A stretch of 64,000 nucleotides of DNA from Octopus vulgaris (GCA_951406725.2 OX597819.1:12400001-12464000), one strand, 5' to 3'; shown: positions 12,799 through 26,299, numbered from the stretch's first letter. Numbers and translations are program-made. The notes: generated by a model from the sequence alone, not told the origin.

Positions 12799-14370
12799 TG
12801 TGTGTATGAGTGTGTGTGTGTGAGAGTGTGTGTATGTATGGGAGTGTGTGTGTATGAGAGTGTGTGTATTGGAGTGTACGTGTGTATGTATGGGAGTGTG
12901 TGTGTGTGTGAAAGCGTGAGTATTGTTTGTGTGTCCTTGGCTTGACATCATGTGATAGTTGTAAACTGATTGCCACTGTCATACAAGCAATGTCATTCAA
13001 TTCGAAATGTCCTGTGAAAAAAGTATGTCTGTCCATAGAAAACCTGCCACAGTAAATTCCTTTTGATCTATGAAGCATGGAAAAGTGAACATTACACGAT
13101 GACATGACGAAGATATACATAGCTACTGAGCTGTTAATGTTTACACTGGGATTTTCAGATTACGTTGTTTGTCTGAAGTATGTTTTGTTTCATGTTGACT
13201 AGATTTTTATTTTTATGAAACTGTTTACATCAGACACACAAGCACAACACTCACATTGGTTGACCCATGCATTTAGATCAATCCGGCATCTCATTTCATC
13301 AAACACCCTTCATTATCATCATCATCGTTTAACATCCGTTTTCCATGCTGGCATAGGTTGGATGGTTTGACTGAGGATTAGCAGGTACCAATCTGATCTA
13401 GCAGTGTTTCTACAGCTGGATGCCTTTCCTAATGCCAACCACTCTGAGAGTGTAGTGGGTGCTTTTTATGTACCACTGGCACAGGAGCCAGTCAGTGGGT
13501 ACTGGCATTGGCCGCATTTGGATGGTGCTTTTTACGTGCCACCAGCCAGTCAGGTGGGCCTGGTATTGACCACGTTCTGATGGTGCTTTTTACGTGCCAC
13601 CAGCATAGGAGCCAGTCAGGGGGTACTAGCATCAGCCACGTTTGGATGGTGCTTTTTATGTGCCACTGGCACAAGAATATATTACTTGACAATTTTACGT
13701 AGAACCCAATATCTTGTAATGGGAAGGTGCAAGCTGGCAGAATTGTTAGCACACTGAGCAAAGTGCTTCGTGGCATTTCATCTGTCTTTATGTTCTGAGT
13801 TCAAATTCCGCTGAGGTTAACTTTGCCTTTCATCCTTTTGAGGTCGATGAACACTGGGGATGATGCAATCAACTTATTCCCTTTAATGAAATTGCTGGCC
13901 TTGTACCAAAATTTGAAATTAATAATGTTTCCAACACAGACAGTCTTTGAAATTTGAAAGGTAGGTTGTTGATTAAACTGACTCTAGCACTTGATTGATT
14001 CTTTATTTTATTGACGCCACAAAGGCTAAAAATGACTTTGGCAGGATTTAAACAAAAGATTGTAAAGGACCATTACTAAACTACACATCACATTTTGTCA
14101 GGTGCTCTAATGATTCTGACAATTAATGATAATTGGGGGGACCCCATTTTTTGATTAGTATTTATTTTATCAACCCTGGAAGGACGAAGGGCAAAGTTGG
14201 TTTTCCTAATACTCTCAGGAGTTCAAAATTGGTCTTGAACTCAGAATAGTTTTAGGAAAAGCATCCAACTGTAGCCACAAAGCCAGAGCTGACACTAGAG
14301 TCCAATGCAGCCCCACGGCTCACTGGATTCTGTCAAACTATCCAACTCATACCAGCACGGAAAACAGATA

Positions 14371-14601
14371 TTAACCCTTTCTGTTACCATATTTCTGTTG
14401 AGATGTTCTGTGTTTCTTTCAATTAATTTTAAATATAACAAATAATTAAATAAAATAACTAGGTTATCATTCAGCTGGTGTTAGGAACATAAATGGTGAC
14501 TAAGGTTTGGTGGAAGATTTTAATTCAAAACTTATGAAAACAAGACATTTGTACTACAGAGCCAGAGGTGGCTTCAGCCGGGTTGGTGTTGAAAGGGTTA
14601 A
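14371..14601. mobile_element. piggyBac-like MITE (TTAA|CCCTTT...AAAGGG|TTAA)
   Basis: TTAA target and CCCTTT TIRs; a second copy follows immediately at 14626-14856. Confidence 0.8.
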
Positions 14602-14625
14602 GAATTGTTTCTCTATTATATATTT

Positions 14626-14856
14626 TAACCCTTTCTGTTACCATATTTCTGTTGAGATTTTCTGTGATTCTTTCAATTAATTTTAAATATAACAAAGAAT
14701 TTAGGAAAATAACTTAGTTATCATTAAGCTAGTGTTAGGAACATAAATTGTGATTAAGGTTTGGTGGAAGATTTTAATTCAAAACTTATGAAAACAAGAC
14801 ATTTGTACTACAGAGCCCAGAGGTGGTTTCAGCCAGGATGGTATTGAAAGGGTTAA
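14626..14856. mobile_element. piggyBac-like MITE, tandem copy
   Basis: Near-identical to 14371-14601; further copies at about 18392-18614, 35643-35869 and 54570-55217 (the last interrupted by a SINE). Confidence 0.8.
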
Positions 14857-14990
14857 ATGATGATGATGAATGTAAAGGAAGACATGCCAGACAACCCAAG
14901 TGGAAGAGGACCAAAAAATTGATGACTGAAAAGCAAGTAGAAGTAAAGTGGTGATGGTCGATACAATGCTAAAGAAGATTCCCATCCAAC

Positions 14991-15258
14991 CAGGGCTGGG
15001 GAGTTGAAACAAAAAACTCCAGCTCCTCTACTATTTGCCCCTCTACTCCTCTTTATGTAATTAAGTGATTGTGGTCTACATACCTCATAAAGCATATGCA
15101 TATGTTAGCACTTTGAGTAGGCCTTTATATTATAACTGGTTTACATTAAAGAATAAAGATATTATGAGTTGGAATCGGAGTTGGTATAGTTTTACTGACT
15201 CTGACTCCAGCTACCCCTTAATTGTTTCTGACTACATGACTCTGACTACACAGCCCTG
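14991..15258. mobile_element. hAT-type MITE with 8-bp target site duplication
   Basis: TIRs CAGGGCTG...CAGCCCTG flanked by CATCCAAC at 14983-14990 and 15259-15266. Confidence 0.85.
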
Positions 15259-15809
15259 CATCCAACATATGCAAAGATGGAAAACTAGATGTAAAACGTT
15301 GTGGATATTTTATGGTCACCTCATCTCCAGCCATCTGTTACTCTCTTCTATTATGAACTTAATCACCCTCACTCCTGATCCTCTGCCTGTATTCTCTCTT
15401 ATGCTCACTTTCTTATACCTTGTCACTACCATCATTATCTTCCTTATAACAAGACACCTCTACCATACTTTAGACTTGAACCTCCAACTGACCTTCTCTC
15501 AGATACGCATCCACTCAATTGATGAGTCTTTTAAGTTACTCAGTGACCTTCATTTGTGTCAGTGCCAAGAAAAAAAGCACCCTGTACACTTTATAAGGTG
15601 GTTGGCATGACAAAAAACATCCAACTGCAGAAACCATGCCAAAGTTGATGTTGGAGCTTGATTCCATACTGCAGCTTGTCAAATCCTGTCAAACCATCTT
15701 CTTCGTGTCAGCATGAAAACTGGTATAAGATGAAGATGATAACAAGAGAACCTATGGTGGATTCAGTGTAAAACTATCAACATAAAGATATATTTAATAC
15801 TAACACAGC

Positions 15810-16420
15810 AGGTTCTTTCTTTTGCACCAGCTTTCATTCTTCTTCCAACTCTGCCTTAATAATTGTGTCAGCCAAGAGCAGTGGAAAATTGCTAGCCTCA
15901 TTCCTCTGTTCAAAAAGAATGATTGCACATCACCTGTCAACTATTGTCCAGTCAGTCTTACTAGCTGCATCCCCAAACTGATGGAGTTCTGCGTTAACCA
16001 AAACTGTCTGAAACTTCTGGAACTCTCACAGCCTTATTCAACCCTCACAATTTGGATTTACCCTCAACTCCAGCTGCCGTGGCCAACTCGTTGAGTTTCT
16101 TGAAGACACCACCCGAATCATTGATGGCAGATCATGGATGGATGTTATCTATCTTGACTTTGCTTAAAGCCTTCAATTCTGTGCCACACAAATGATTTAT
16201 GGCAAAACTGTCTGCAATGGGTGTGAAAGAGGATCTTCATAACTGGTTGAAGTCTGTCGTATTTGGGCAAAAAGAGGCAATCACAGTTCTAGGACCACAT
16301 TCTTCACTCTATGAGTTGACGTCTGGTGTATCAAAGGGATCCATTCTTGGATCCCCGATGTTTGTTGCACATATTAATGACATCCTTCAAAACTTCCAAG
16401 CTTCCTAAAATTCGCCAACG
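15810..16420 (+). pseudogene. Degenerate CR1/L2-type LINE reverse transcriptase fragment
   Basis: WKIASLIPLFKK...NYCPVSLTS..PKLME, DVIYLDFA, SGVSKGSILG...INDI across frameshifts. Confidence 0.85.
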
Positions 16421-17769
16421 ATACACTTGATATCCCCTACCCCTCTATTTTCAAATGACTCGTTCAGGGTTCACTTCCCATGCATTATTCTATGCACAGC
16501 ACATGCACTTTTGCTCACTTTCTCTGATAAGTTGCAGTGCATCTCAGCATCTCAGCGCTGTGTACAATAAGTTTATTATTATTCAAATAATTCACAAAAA
16601 ATTAATAAGCCTCTATACTGCATTCAATTTTCTACAAACAGTTGCTAAATCTCCTTCAAATCTCACCCTGCTATCTTTAAAAAAAATATGAAGGGCACAT
16701 TGGATCATGTACTCCCATATGTGCAAGGCTTTGAAAGAAAAGTTGTTTGTTCATCATAGATCTACTCAACTAGGGCTCACCTGGGTTACACAACATCTTC
16801 ATAATTCACACGATCCGTTTACTATTAAATATGTCATATCCCACCCAATTACCAGAGGGTGGAAAACTTTACAATTTAAAACAACTTCTGTTTATAATTT
16901 AATTTATTATTAATACAGTATTATATATATTTATTTTTGTTGATTATCCCCACCTGAACAGTAAAAAGTATTTCAGGAGTACTGAAACAAGGGAGCTTAC
17001 TCAACATCAATCAAGATTTTGATGTCACTAGAAGAGGTTTAGGACAAAAAGGGGCAGGTTTTTATTCTCTTTTATTTGTTTCAGTCATTTGACCGCGGCC
17101 ATGCTGGAGCACCGCCTTGTTCGTTGACGATAGAGAAATAAAGAATAATAATGCCTCGTCTGGCACCTGTGTCGGTGGCACATAAAAAGCACCTACTACA
17201 CTCACGGAGTGGTTGGCGTTAGGAAGGGCATCCAGCTGTAGAAACATCGCCAGATCTGACTGGCCTGGTGCAGCTTTTGGGCTTCCCAGACCCCAGTTGA
17301 ACCGTCCAACCCATGCTAGCATGGAAAGCGGATGTTAAACGATGATGATGATGAATGAACTTGTTTTTTTACCAGTGCTCAGGTGTGTGACAGAATCACT
17401 TTGAAAGTAAAGGATGCTTACAAAAGAATATGGAATGATTCAGAGTCAAAGGGAATATGAAGAACGAGCTAGATTCTGACAAAGATAGGAATCGGAAATT
17501 TAATTATTCAGAATGTCAATAGAATGAGAATGGATATTTGGAAAATAGGGTCGCTGGGAACCCAGGACATAGCAGAAGAACTGGAAAAAGAGTAGCTTTG
17601 AATTAGAACCATCTTTGAAAATAATAAGCAACTGACCCAACAATGTACCCAGGGCTTTTTTTTTGCTGAGACCCAGGTCAGCCCTATCAATGATAGTTCA
17701 CCTTTAGGGGGATCTTTTGTATATCAAGGACAAGAATATATTGGATATTCTTTATGTAAATTTATGTAA

Positions 17770-18194
17770 AATAGTAGTGAGTGGTTTGAGGGAAATTTGG
17801 TTGCTAGAGCAATAGTGAGAGAAATGTGTGGAGTGAAGCTGTCTGATAAGAGGAAGACTGAGGATTTGATGGGGGATGCTGGGGTTGGAGGAATCAGTGG
17901 AACGGCTGGCAAGGGTGAATGGAGTGTGGTGGTAATGGGCATGTGTTGAGGAAGGATAAGGAACATGTTCTGAAGGGGGTGCTTGAGTTTGAGATAAATG
18001 GACCAAGAAAGCAAGGTAGACCGAGGGAAACGTGGAGGGAACAGGTGAAGGAAAAGATTAGGAGGGTTGGCTTGAGAAGGGAGGACGTCCAACACTGAGC
18101 AAGATAGCGAGATGGTGTGAGGGCAGTTGCTATGGCATTTAGGGAGATCCGGCCACCCCTGTTAAAACACTGGATGACGATGATGATGATGATG
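17770..18194 (+). pseudogene. Old RTE-like LINE 3' end
   Basis: Degenerate R..W.GHV.R and GRPR..W motifs ending in (GAT)n. Confidence 0.55.
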
Positions 18195-18984
18195 AGTTCT
18201 AGTTGGATGAATGCTCACACATAGGCTTGTGTGTCCAGATATCATATGACATTTTGTACAGTTAGATGACGGAGGTTATCGGCATGTTTTGGTAAATGCT
18301 GCCAGCAGCAAATGAAGGATATAAAGGAATTCTGAAAACTTAGAAATATAAGGAGATAATGATGGTAATTATTGCTGTTGACAAGTTGCATTTAACCCTT
18401 TCATTACTGTATTTATTTTGAGATGCTCTGTGTTTCTTTCAATTACTTTATATATAACAAAGAATTTAGTAAAATAACTTATCATTCAGCTAGTGTTAGG
18501 AACATAAATTGTGACTAAGGTTTGGTGGAAGATTTTAATTCAAAACTTATGGAAACAAGATATTTGTACTCAGAGCCAGAACCGGTTTCAGTCGGGTTGG
18601 TAACAAAAGGTTTAAATAGTGTGAATGAACAGGATGCCATTTTCTCATATGGAGAGGTGCAATTTTAGTAACCTGCCAGTGACATTATGCTGGTCACTCA
18701 AGACATTGCATAAAATATATCTACTTCACTTACCTGACAAGAGAGCAGTTAAGGGGGAGGGTCAGAGAGAATGACGGGGAGAAGACAATCCACTGATATA
18801 ATAATGATAGCAGGTAAGTTCAGTGGGATTTGATGGTCTAAAAAGATGCAACTGGATGTTTTTAAAAGAGAATAATAATAATCTTCATGTAATTATGATT
18901 AAATTGTTTTTGCGATTCATTAAATCACTCAAAACACTTTTTGCATACGGTATCTAATAAGTTATAAAAATCACGATAACTTAC

Positions 18985-20715
18985 CTCAAAGGTGTTGCCA
19001 TCACAAGAAGCAAAAAAACCTTCCCACAAGCTACAATGTTGTTTGTCCTTTGGTAACAGCACAACTAGATTGCTAGGTGACACGTCTGTTTCATTAGTAG
19101 GACACACTGAGCAACCCTGGTGGAATTCAATATAGAGACGATAATACAATGGAAAACAGCCAGAGCCTTGAGAAGAGAACATTATGTCATAGAGGTGAGG
19201 CTCTGGGTGTTTTTGGACAATACTGTTTGGAAGGACATTAGCAACATCAATAACAAAGGTGACCGATTCTTGATCTTGAAAATAGCGAAAATTAGGAAGC
19301 TGGCACAGTGGCAAGAAAAACAAAGAATTTGAGTTGTCCTCATCTATACCCGTTTCAGGAGTCATAGCAACATCATTCGGCTGTACGTTGGCATCATCAT
19401 TTTCTTGGACAGAAATCTCTGAATCACATTGTTCAGAACCTTCATCTACTGAGTTGCCACGATCCACATCGGCTTCATTGTCACTTGAAGTTGCGTAACT
19501 GGGAACTGAACTAAAAGGTAGATTCTCCGGCTGAGCAGCAATCACAGGAAGTACCACATTTAATACACTTTTAGACTTATCAAATTTGGCAGTGCCATTA
19601 GTTTCATCAACTGGATATGGTAACCTCAGATCCAGTTCATATGATGCTGGGGTTGTACACTTCAACATAATGTGATTATCAACAATATCTAAATCAATGG
19701 TATTTGCAGATTTCAATAGAGGCAAGTCAATAGATACAACAAGTTCTTTGGGTCTGGTACTAGACTTTGCATCAGAGACGTTTGAAAAGTCTTGGATATC
19801 TAGTGCAGAACGATGTAAAATACAATACTTGGGAACGGCAGGGGAACTCGGAAGAGCTGAGGATTCTGTGGAAACGGTTGTTCCTTCAGTCTGGTCCTCT
19901 TGTAATGTTTCTTTGGATTCAGTTTCTGATTTTGAGGATTTTGTCTCTGACGCATCTTTCTTCTTAGCTTCAGCTAGTCTCTTGGACGAGCGTGTTTTAC
20001 CTTTTTTTTCCACCCATTCCTCAGTTAATTCTTTGGTTGTCTTATTAGGGTCATATGGATAAGGCATACTGTTCAAAATGCTGTCAGAGTCGTCTGCGGT
20101 TTTGGTCGATCCATCTTCTCGCCGGGTTCGAACCACAGTAGGGGTTCTAACTCCTTTGAAATTGTTTTTCACTTTGGGTGTACTTATCTTTTTATCCAAT
20201 GTGACATTAAAATGTTCCTCAATGGCTTCTATCGCTGTATCGTGTACAAGCTTTTTAAACTTAGAGTTAGACTGTGCCATTCGGTAAGTGTCCGGGTGAA
20301 ACACGACATCATACACAAAGCATTTTTCACCTTTGAGATCGAAGTCTTCGCGAGGTCTAGCTAAAGAATGGGGGATTGCCCAGTTGATTCCAAAACGGTC
20401 AGGGCCATTCTCTTTAGTAAATGTTGGCTTCCCAATGTTTTCATTTTTGCAGATATTTATAAAAGCCTTTTTCTTGTTATTAATAAGTGATTTTATAACA
20501 TGGCCGGGTTCAGGAGTAATGAATTTTATATCCATACCTCTTTCATTTTCTAGTTGCGTAATCTCTTCTTCATATTTTTTGCGGTTTTCAGGATTTGATA
20601 TTTCTTCGGCATACTCTGCGAGTAATTTTCTGAATTCTTCCTTTTTCATCGCCTCCCCGAACCGTTTCATCTCCTCTGGAGTCATATCGAGCTTCTTGCG
20701 ATCTTCCCCAGACAT
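18985..20715 (-). CDS. DNAAF2: Protein kintoun / dynein axonemal assembly factor 2, first coding exon (577 codons, phase-0 donor)
   Basis: N-terminus EFRKLLAEYAEEISNPENRKKYEEEITQLENERG, PIH1 domain (FITPEPGHVIKS...KAFINIC...W.IPHSL...YDVVFHPDT), CS domain (RPKELVVSIDLPLLKSA...LRLPYPVDE..GTAKFDKSKSVL.V.LPV) and a second CS-like region (FQDQESVTFVIDV). Donor GAG|GTAAGT at 18984; the ORF track reads 19 codons into the intron. Confidence 0.93.
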
Positions 20716-20839
20716 TATTTAACGAATACTGTGAAAATAATAACGGGGTTACAACATAACAAGGCAATCTTCAACAAAAATAGTCTGTTGTCTTCCCCTC
20801 AACGTGTCAGATTTTGTTTGTCTTCTAAGGTACCATCAA

Positions 20840-20912
20840 ATCTACATAGCAACGGAAGTGCGGCTCTGCTATTGTAGAAACGCACTCACAGCAAATAATT
20901 GATGCCCATTGG
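20840..20912 (-). promoter_or_regulatory. DNAAF2 proximal promoter: RFX X-box overlapping an ETS-like site, plus CCAAT box
   Basis: ATCTAC-AT-AGCAAC (20840-20853) fits the X-box with a perfect GTTGCTATG half-site; CGGAAGTG at 20853-20860; CCAAT on the minus strand at 20912-20908; 125-200 bp upstream of the ATG of a cilia gene. Confidence 0.6.
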
Positions 20913-21365
20913 TTGATATTTACCTCACCTCCACCCGGTTTCGTTTACACTCAAACGTCAAATATCCATTCAAAAAGTTCAATTTAACCCTGAAATTATA
21001 AAGAAAGAAATCATTTGTATATCGCTTCCATCGTTAGTAGCTGTTTTATTTAAAGTATATTCGGTATTTTCTTAACGAATCTAAATAAAATAATGTAGCT
21101 TTATTCCAAGTTTAAAATAAACAAATCAAATATCCTTAAAAGATACTAAAAATATTCAAAAGGTCTCCACTAAAAACTTTTAATGAAAAAAGATTTTTTA
21201 AATCCCTATTATACAAATGACTCCCATCAAAGACGATAATTTGGAACCCCTTACCGTATTCATTTATCAGATTTAGGTTTTGGTAAACCCACATCTAGTT
21301 GCTGGTTAGTTTTATTTTAAAAACAAAAATACGCTTCTCGTAGTCAACTGGCAGATTCAGGAATA

Positions 21366-21404
<39 letters not shown>

Positions 21405-21414
21405 GAGTGTGTGG

Positions 21415-21449
<35 letters not shown>

Positions 21450-21689
21450 ATAATATAATATAATGTTAATATATATTGTACAGTTGTAAAGAGTGAACGA
21501 CACGGAAAACTCAGATTCTATAGTATTCCTGCTGCTTAATATTATTTTCCTTTAAAATGAATATAAATGGCATTTTATACTCTGTAACCTGGTAAAAAAA
21601 AAACCTAAGGTTTCACTCTGAATTAAAACAATTCATTATAATTTTTGTTGTTGTTATATGTACTCTACTCGAATAACAAACAAAAGTCG

Positions 21690-21740
21690 ATGACTTCCGG
21701 TCGTGAGGTACGAGACCGGGTGATGTCGGTTGCTATGTTT
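21690..21740 (+). promoter_or_regulatory. Candidate promoter of a divergent transcript
   Basis: CpG-rich patch with ETS site ACTTCCGGT (21693-21701) and X-box half-site GTTGCTATG (21729-21737). Confidence 0.4.
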
Positions 21741-21928
21741 TTGTTTTCCTCAGTAGCACTTGCTTAGAGATATCAGTTTTCAAAGGCATTTTGGCGTCCT
21801 GTCAAGTAAACACACGCCTCGACAGAAAATAGATTAGCATGAAAAGAACAAAGAAACATCGGTGGAAAATAAAGATAATACTGATTTTGTAATACATAAA
21901 TTGTGTGCGTCGTGCATTTTCGCATATA

Positions 21929-22020
<92 letters not shown>

Positions 22021-22023
22021 TTG

Positions 22024-22290
22024 TGAAGACGCGTGGCTTAGTGGTTAGGGCTTTCGGCTCACGAGGACGCGTTGTATCCTTGAGCAAGACCCTTTTTTTT
22101 CACGTTGCTCCATTCCACTCAGCTGGCAAAAATGAGTCGACCTTGTCACACTGAATCTCCCCGAGAACTACGTTAGGGGTACGCGTGTCTGTGGATTGCT
22201 CAGTCACTAACCCGTTAATTTCATGAGCAGGCTGTTCCGTTGATCGTATCAGCTGGGACCCTCGTCGTCGTAACCGACGGAGTGCTCCTT
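22024..22290 (+). mobile_element. tRNA-derived SINE sharing its 3' part with family B
   Basis: GTGGCTTAGTGGTTAGGG head, CCTTGAGCAAGAC body, tail GTCGTAACCGACGGAGTGC as at 33131-33520. Confidence 0.7.
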
Positions 22291-22316
22291 ATATCGTTAA
22301 AGTATATAAGAAAAGG

Positions 22317-22546
22317 CACCTATTTCTTTATTACCCACAAGGGGCTAAACACAGAGGGGACAAACAAGGACAGACATAGGTATTAAGTCGATTACATCGA
22401 CCCCAGTGCGTAACTGGTACTTAATTTATCGACCCCGAAAAGATAAAAGGCAAAGTCGACCTCGGCGGAATTTGAACTCACAACGTAACGCAGACGAAAT
22501 ACCGCTAAGCATTTCGCCCGGCGTGCTAACGTTTCTGCCAGCTCGC
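22317..22546 (-). mobile_element. tRNA-derived SINE, family C (Nin-domain-like body)
   Basis: Minus strand GCGAGCTGGCAGAAACGTTAGC...GTTCAAATTCC...GGGGTCGATAAATTAAGTACCAG; copies at 41607, 48703 and 58340. Confidence 0.8.
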
Positions 22547-23959
22547 ATTCACACACATACACACACAGAAGCATACATATATATATGTGTGTGTGTGTTG
22601 TGTGCATGTATGTATACACACATACATATAGACAGACATACGCACACATAAATCAAAAACATACAAATCTGCATGTATACATACATACATGCATACAAAA
22701 AAACCCTGTCAATGTTGAAATTCCAGTGAAGGTTCCTCGGATCTAGGTTAGAAACCAGCTCTCTATTGACGAGAGATCTTGAAATAAAACTTAGAAATGA
22801 CATTCACGCATACATATATATAGATTGGTTATAGGATTCCTTAGAAGGTACGCTTATCAACAGGTAGGCCACCAGAAATAGCTAAATACAGGTTCAAAGT
22901 AAGGTAAAACAAGTATGAAGGTATCACGTGTTGGTAGGATACCGTAGATATGTCAGCACTAAATCCCATTTAAACCTTAAATCAGACTCAGGGTTGCTTG
23001 TAGGTGCAGCATAGGTATGAAAAAGGAACATGAATGGGGGTTAAACCACTCTTGTATTCTTTTATATATTTATAGGTACAGGCGTAGCTGCGTGGTAAGA
23101 AGCTTGTTTCCCAACCACATGGTTCCCGGTTCAGTTCCATGGCGTGGCACCTTGGGCAAGTGTCTTCTTCTATAGCCTCAGGCTGACCAAAGCTGCATTA
23201 GTAGATTTTGTAGACAGAAGCTGAAAGAAGCCCATTGCATATATTCATCATCATTATCATCATTTAATGTCCACTCTCCATGCTGGCATGTGTTGGACAG
23301 TTTGACTGGGCTGGCATGCTGGAAGGCTGCACCAGACTCCAGTCTGATTTGGTATGGTTTTCTATGGCTGGGTGCCCTTCCTAACGCCAACCATTGTGAG
23401 AGTGTAACGGGTGCTTTTATGTGGTTTGACTGAGGATTAGCAGGTACCAATCTGTGACGCCAGTCTCTGCCACAACAGTGATTTTGTTTGGCTTGATGGG
23501 TTATATTCCCAACGACGACATAACGCCAAAGGTCATGGTCGTTGCCTCTGTGACATACCATCATCATCATCATCATCAACGTTTAACGTCTGTTTTCCAT
23601 GCTGGCATGGGTTGGACAGTTCGACTGGGGTCTGGGCAGCCAGGAGGCTGCACCAGGCTCCAATCTAATCTGGCAGTGTTTCTACAGCTGGATGCCCTTC
23701 CTAATGCCAACCACTCTGAGAGTGTAGTGGGTGCTTTTTACATGCCACTGACACAGGAGCCATAGAAACCCATTCCAAATCAGAGTGGATCCTTGCGCAC
23801 CTTCCAGTATGCCAGCCCAGTCAAACTGTCCAACCAATGCCAACATGGACAACGGACATTAAATGGTGATGATGATGATGATGATGATGATGTTAGGATG
23901 CAGCTTTAGGTGATCTATATTTTTGAGATGAAGAATTGTGTACATTATTTACATTGGAC

Positions 23960-24310
23960 AGATATTTGCTGATGATCTTGCTCTTATTGCAGAATCTTTA
24001 GCAGAATTGGAGAAGAAATTCCAGGTTTGGAAACAAAACCTGTAATCAAAGGGCCTTAAAGTTAACCAAAGACAAAAGAGATTGTTAGTAAGAAAGGAGA
24101 TAAAACTCTCTTTCCATCAGGTAAATGACCCTGCTCCATATGTAGGAAGGGAGTTGGAAGAAATTCCATTCACTGCACCCAGTGTAAACTATGGACACAT
24201 AAGAGATGCAGTGGAATCACAGGTAGATTAACAAATAAAGTAGTCTTTATATGTGGCAGATGTGCAGGAACAATAAGCACTAAGAGCACACGGGAATTAG
24301 ATACTCTCAA
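23960..24310 (+). pseudogene. RTE LINE RT-end and zinc-finger-like fragment
   Basis: ADDLALIAES..ELEKKFQVWK..L..KGLKVN, PCSICRKGVGRNSIHCTQCKLWTHKRCSGI. Confidence 0.8.
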
Positions 24311-24831
24311 ATACATATATATATACATATATGTATATATATACATATATGTATATATATACATATACAAATACATATATATGGATATAAGTGTATATCA
24401 TCTCAAAAATATAGATCACCTAAAGCTGCATCCTAACATCATCATCATCATCATCACCATTTAATGTCCGTTGTCCATGTGTGTGAGTATATGTTAGTGT
24501 GTCCTTGTCTTGACGTTTCATGATAGTTGTAAATGAGCGTCACTGTTATACAAGCAGTGTCGTTCATTTCCAATAATCTTCTGTGAAAATCTGTCTGGCC
24601 TTGTGGGAAATATTATCTTGCCTGGAAACACGTAAAGGTTGGCAACAGGAAAGGCATTTCGCCACAGAAAAATCTACCTTAATGAACTCTGTCTGAAACA
24701 TGCAAGCATGGAAAAGTAGATGTTAAAATGTTGGTAGTGATGTGTGTGTGTGTGTGTTTACATACATATATGTATGTCTGTATGTATTCTTAGTGTGTAT
24801 ATATACATATATATACATGTATATAAGCATC

Positions 24832-26247
24832 TCTATATATATAAATGGCAAAATATCTGTGTGTGTGTGTGTAAGTGTCCTTTATACAAATCCACAAATT
24901 TTCAGTTAGAGGGCTCGCACTTTCTATGGTCATTCAAAACCGTCCAAGGGTGGTTGTGAAGATCTTTTCATTTCCCAGTTACCTCTGGAGAGGACCGATC
25001 AGGTAAAGGACCTGGGTATCTTGGTGGATTCCTCCTTTTCGCCTTCGGCCCAGTGCGTCCATGCTGCCAACAAAGCACGCGGAATTCTGTTCTTGATTCG
25101 ACGGTCATTCGGAATGCTCACAGCAGCCATATTCCTACCACTCTATGTCACGCTGGTGAGACCCATATTGGAGTACGGGATTCAAGCCTCTTCTCCTTAT
25201 CTCCTCAAAGACATACAGCATCTCGAAAGGGTCCAGAAGCTGGCTACCCGCATGGTTCATGGTCTCAAAAATTTGTCCTACGAAGAAAGGCTGAGGATGC
25301 TCGACCTTTATTCTCTTGAAAAACGCCGCCGCCGTGGTGATCTCATTCTCACCCACAACATCATAAGCGGAAAGTGTAACCTCTCGAAAGAGCTGTTCTT
25401 CACTCTTGCTCCAGAGCGTCGGCTGCGGGGTCATTCCAAAAGCTCTACCTGCGACGATTTCATCTCAATCGAAGGAGAGGAGCTTTCTCCGTCCGGGTTG
25501 CGGATCCGTGGAACAAGCTGCCAGACGGGATGGTGAAGATGCCGACGACCGCTTTGTTCAAAGCTTCCCTTGACCTCAAGTGGCCTGAACTTTTTACATG
25601 AACACCACCCTGTACTTAACTCCATGTCCCCCTACATGGCCTTGCTATTTGCTTTTGAGCCAAATTAAGTAACTAACTAACTAAAAAAATTGATAAACCG
25701 ACCCCTTATGTTTCAGGTAACAAAAGTCTTTAATACAAGGGATGTAACTCACTTAATCCAGTAGTTTAATCTAAAGATATTAAACCATACCAAGGGAAAT
25801 AACTCTTTAAAACTCTGCATTTTTCTCCCTTTGTTATGTATCACACCTCAATACTGTACCAGACCAATTTATCCAATTTAGGACCGGAACTGTCCTGAAT
25901 TTCTGGATTTTCCAGTTTCCCAGAGAATTTCTAAATGTTTGCTTAAAATCTCTATATCTATAAATGGCAAAATGTCTGTTTTTTGATTGGACAGAGATAA
26001 TTTTACACCTGACAGTTGGATGCACGTGTGCATTTGCAGACAGTCTGTATGATTCTGTGCATTTTTGTGTTTTGTGAAGACGCATTATCATGTGTTTTGG
26101 CTTTCAAACATGCATGGTTTTTTGATTTGAGAAATGCAGGGAATAATTAACGAGTTAGACCAAGTGAATGACAAGAGAGGGATTTTCATGAAAGACCAAA
26201 TATGCTTGACTAGCACTATGACCCGGCAACGATGGGTCATAGTGCTA

Positions 26248-26248
<1 letters not shown>
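24832..26248 (+). mobile_element. Non-autonomous Helitron-like element(s) with a nested CR1 LINE
   Basis: 5' TCTATATATATAAATGGCAAAAT (repeated near 25951); 3' hairpin ACTAGCACTATGACCC/GGGTCATAGTGCTAGT ending CTAG|T. Confidence 0.6.
24982..25683 (+). mobile_element. 5'-truncated CR1-clade LINE 3' end
   Basis: KDLGILVD...KARGIL..IRRSF...LYVTLVRPILEY...LERVQKLATRMV.GL..LSYEERL..L.L.SLEKRRRRGDLI...RLRGH; (TAAC)n tail. Confidence 0.9.

Positions 26249-26299
<51 letters not shown>

Noticed and set aside
19120-20722. Plus-strand ORFs overlapping DNAAF2
   Set aside because: Antisense shadows of the coding exon.
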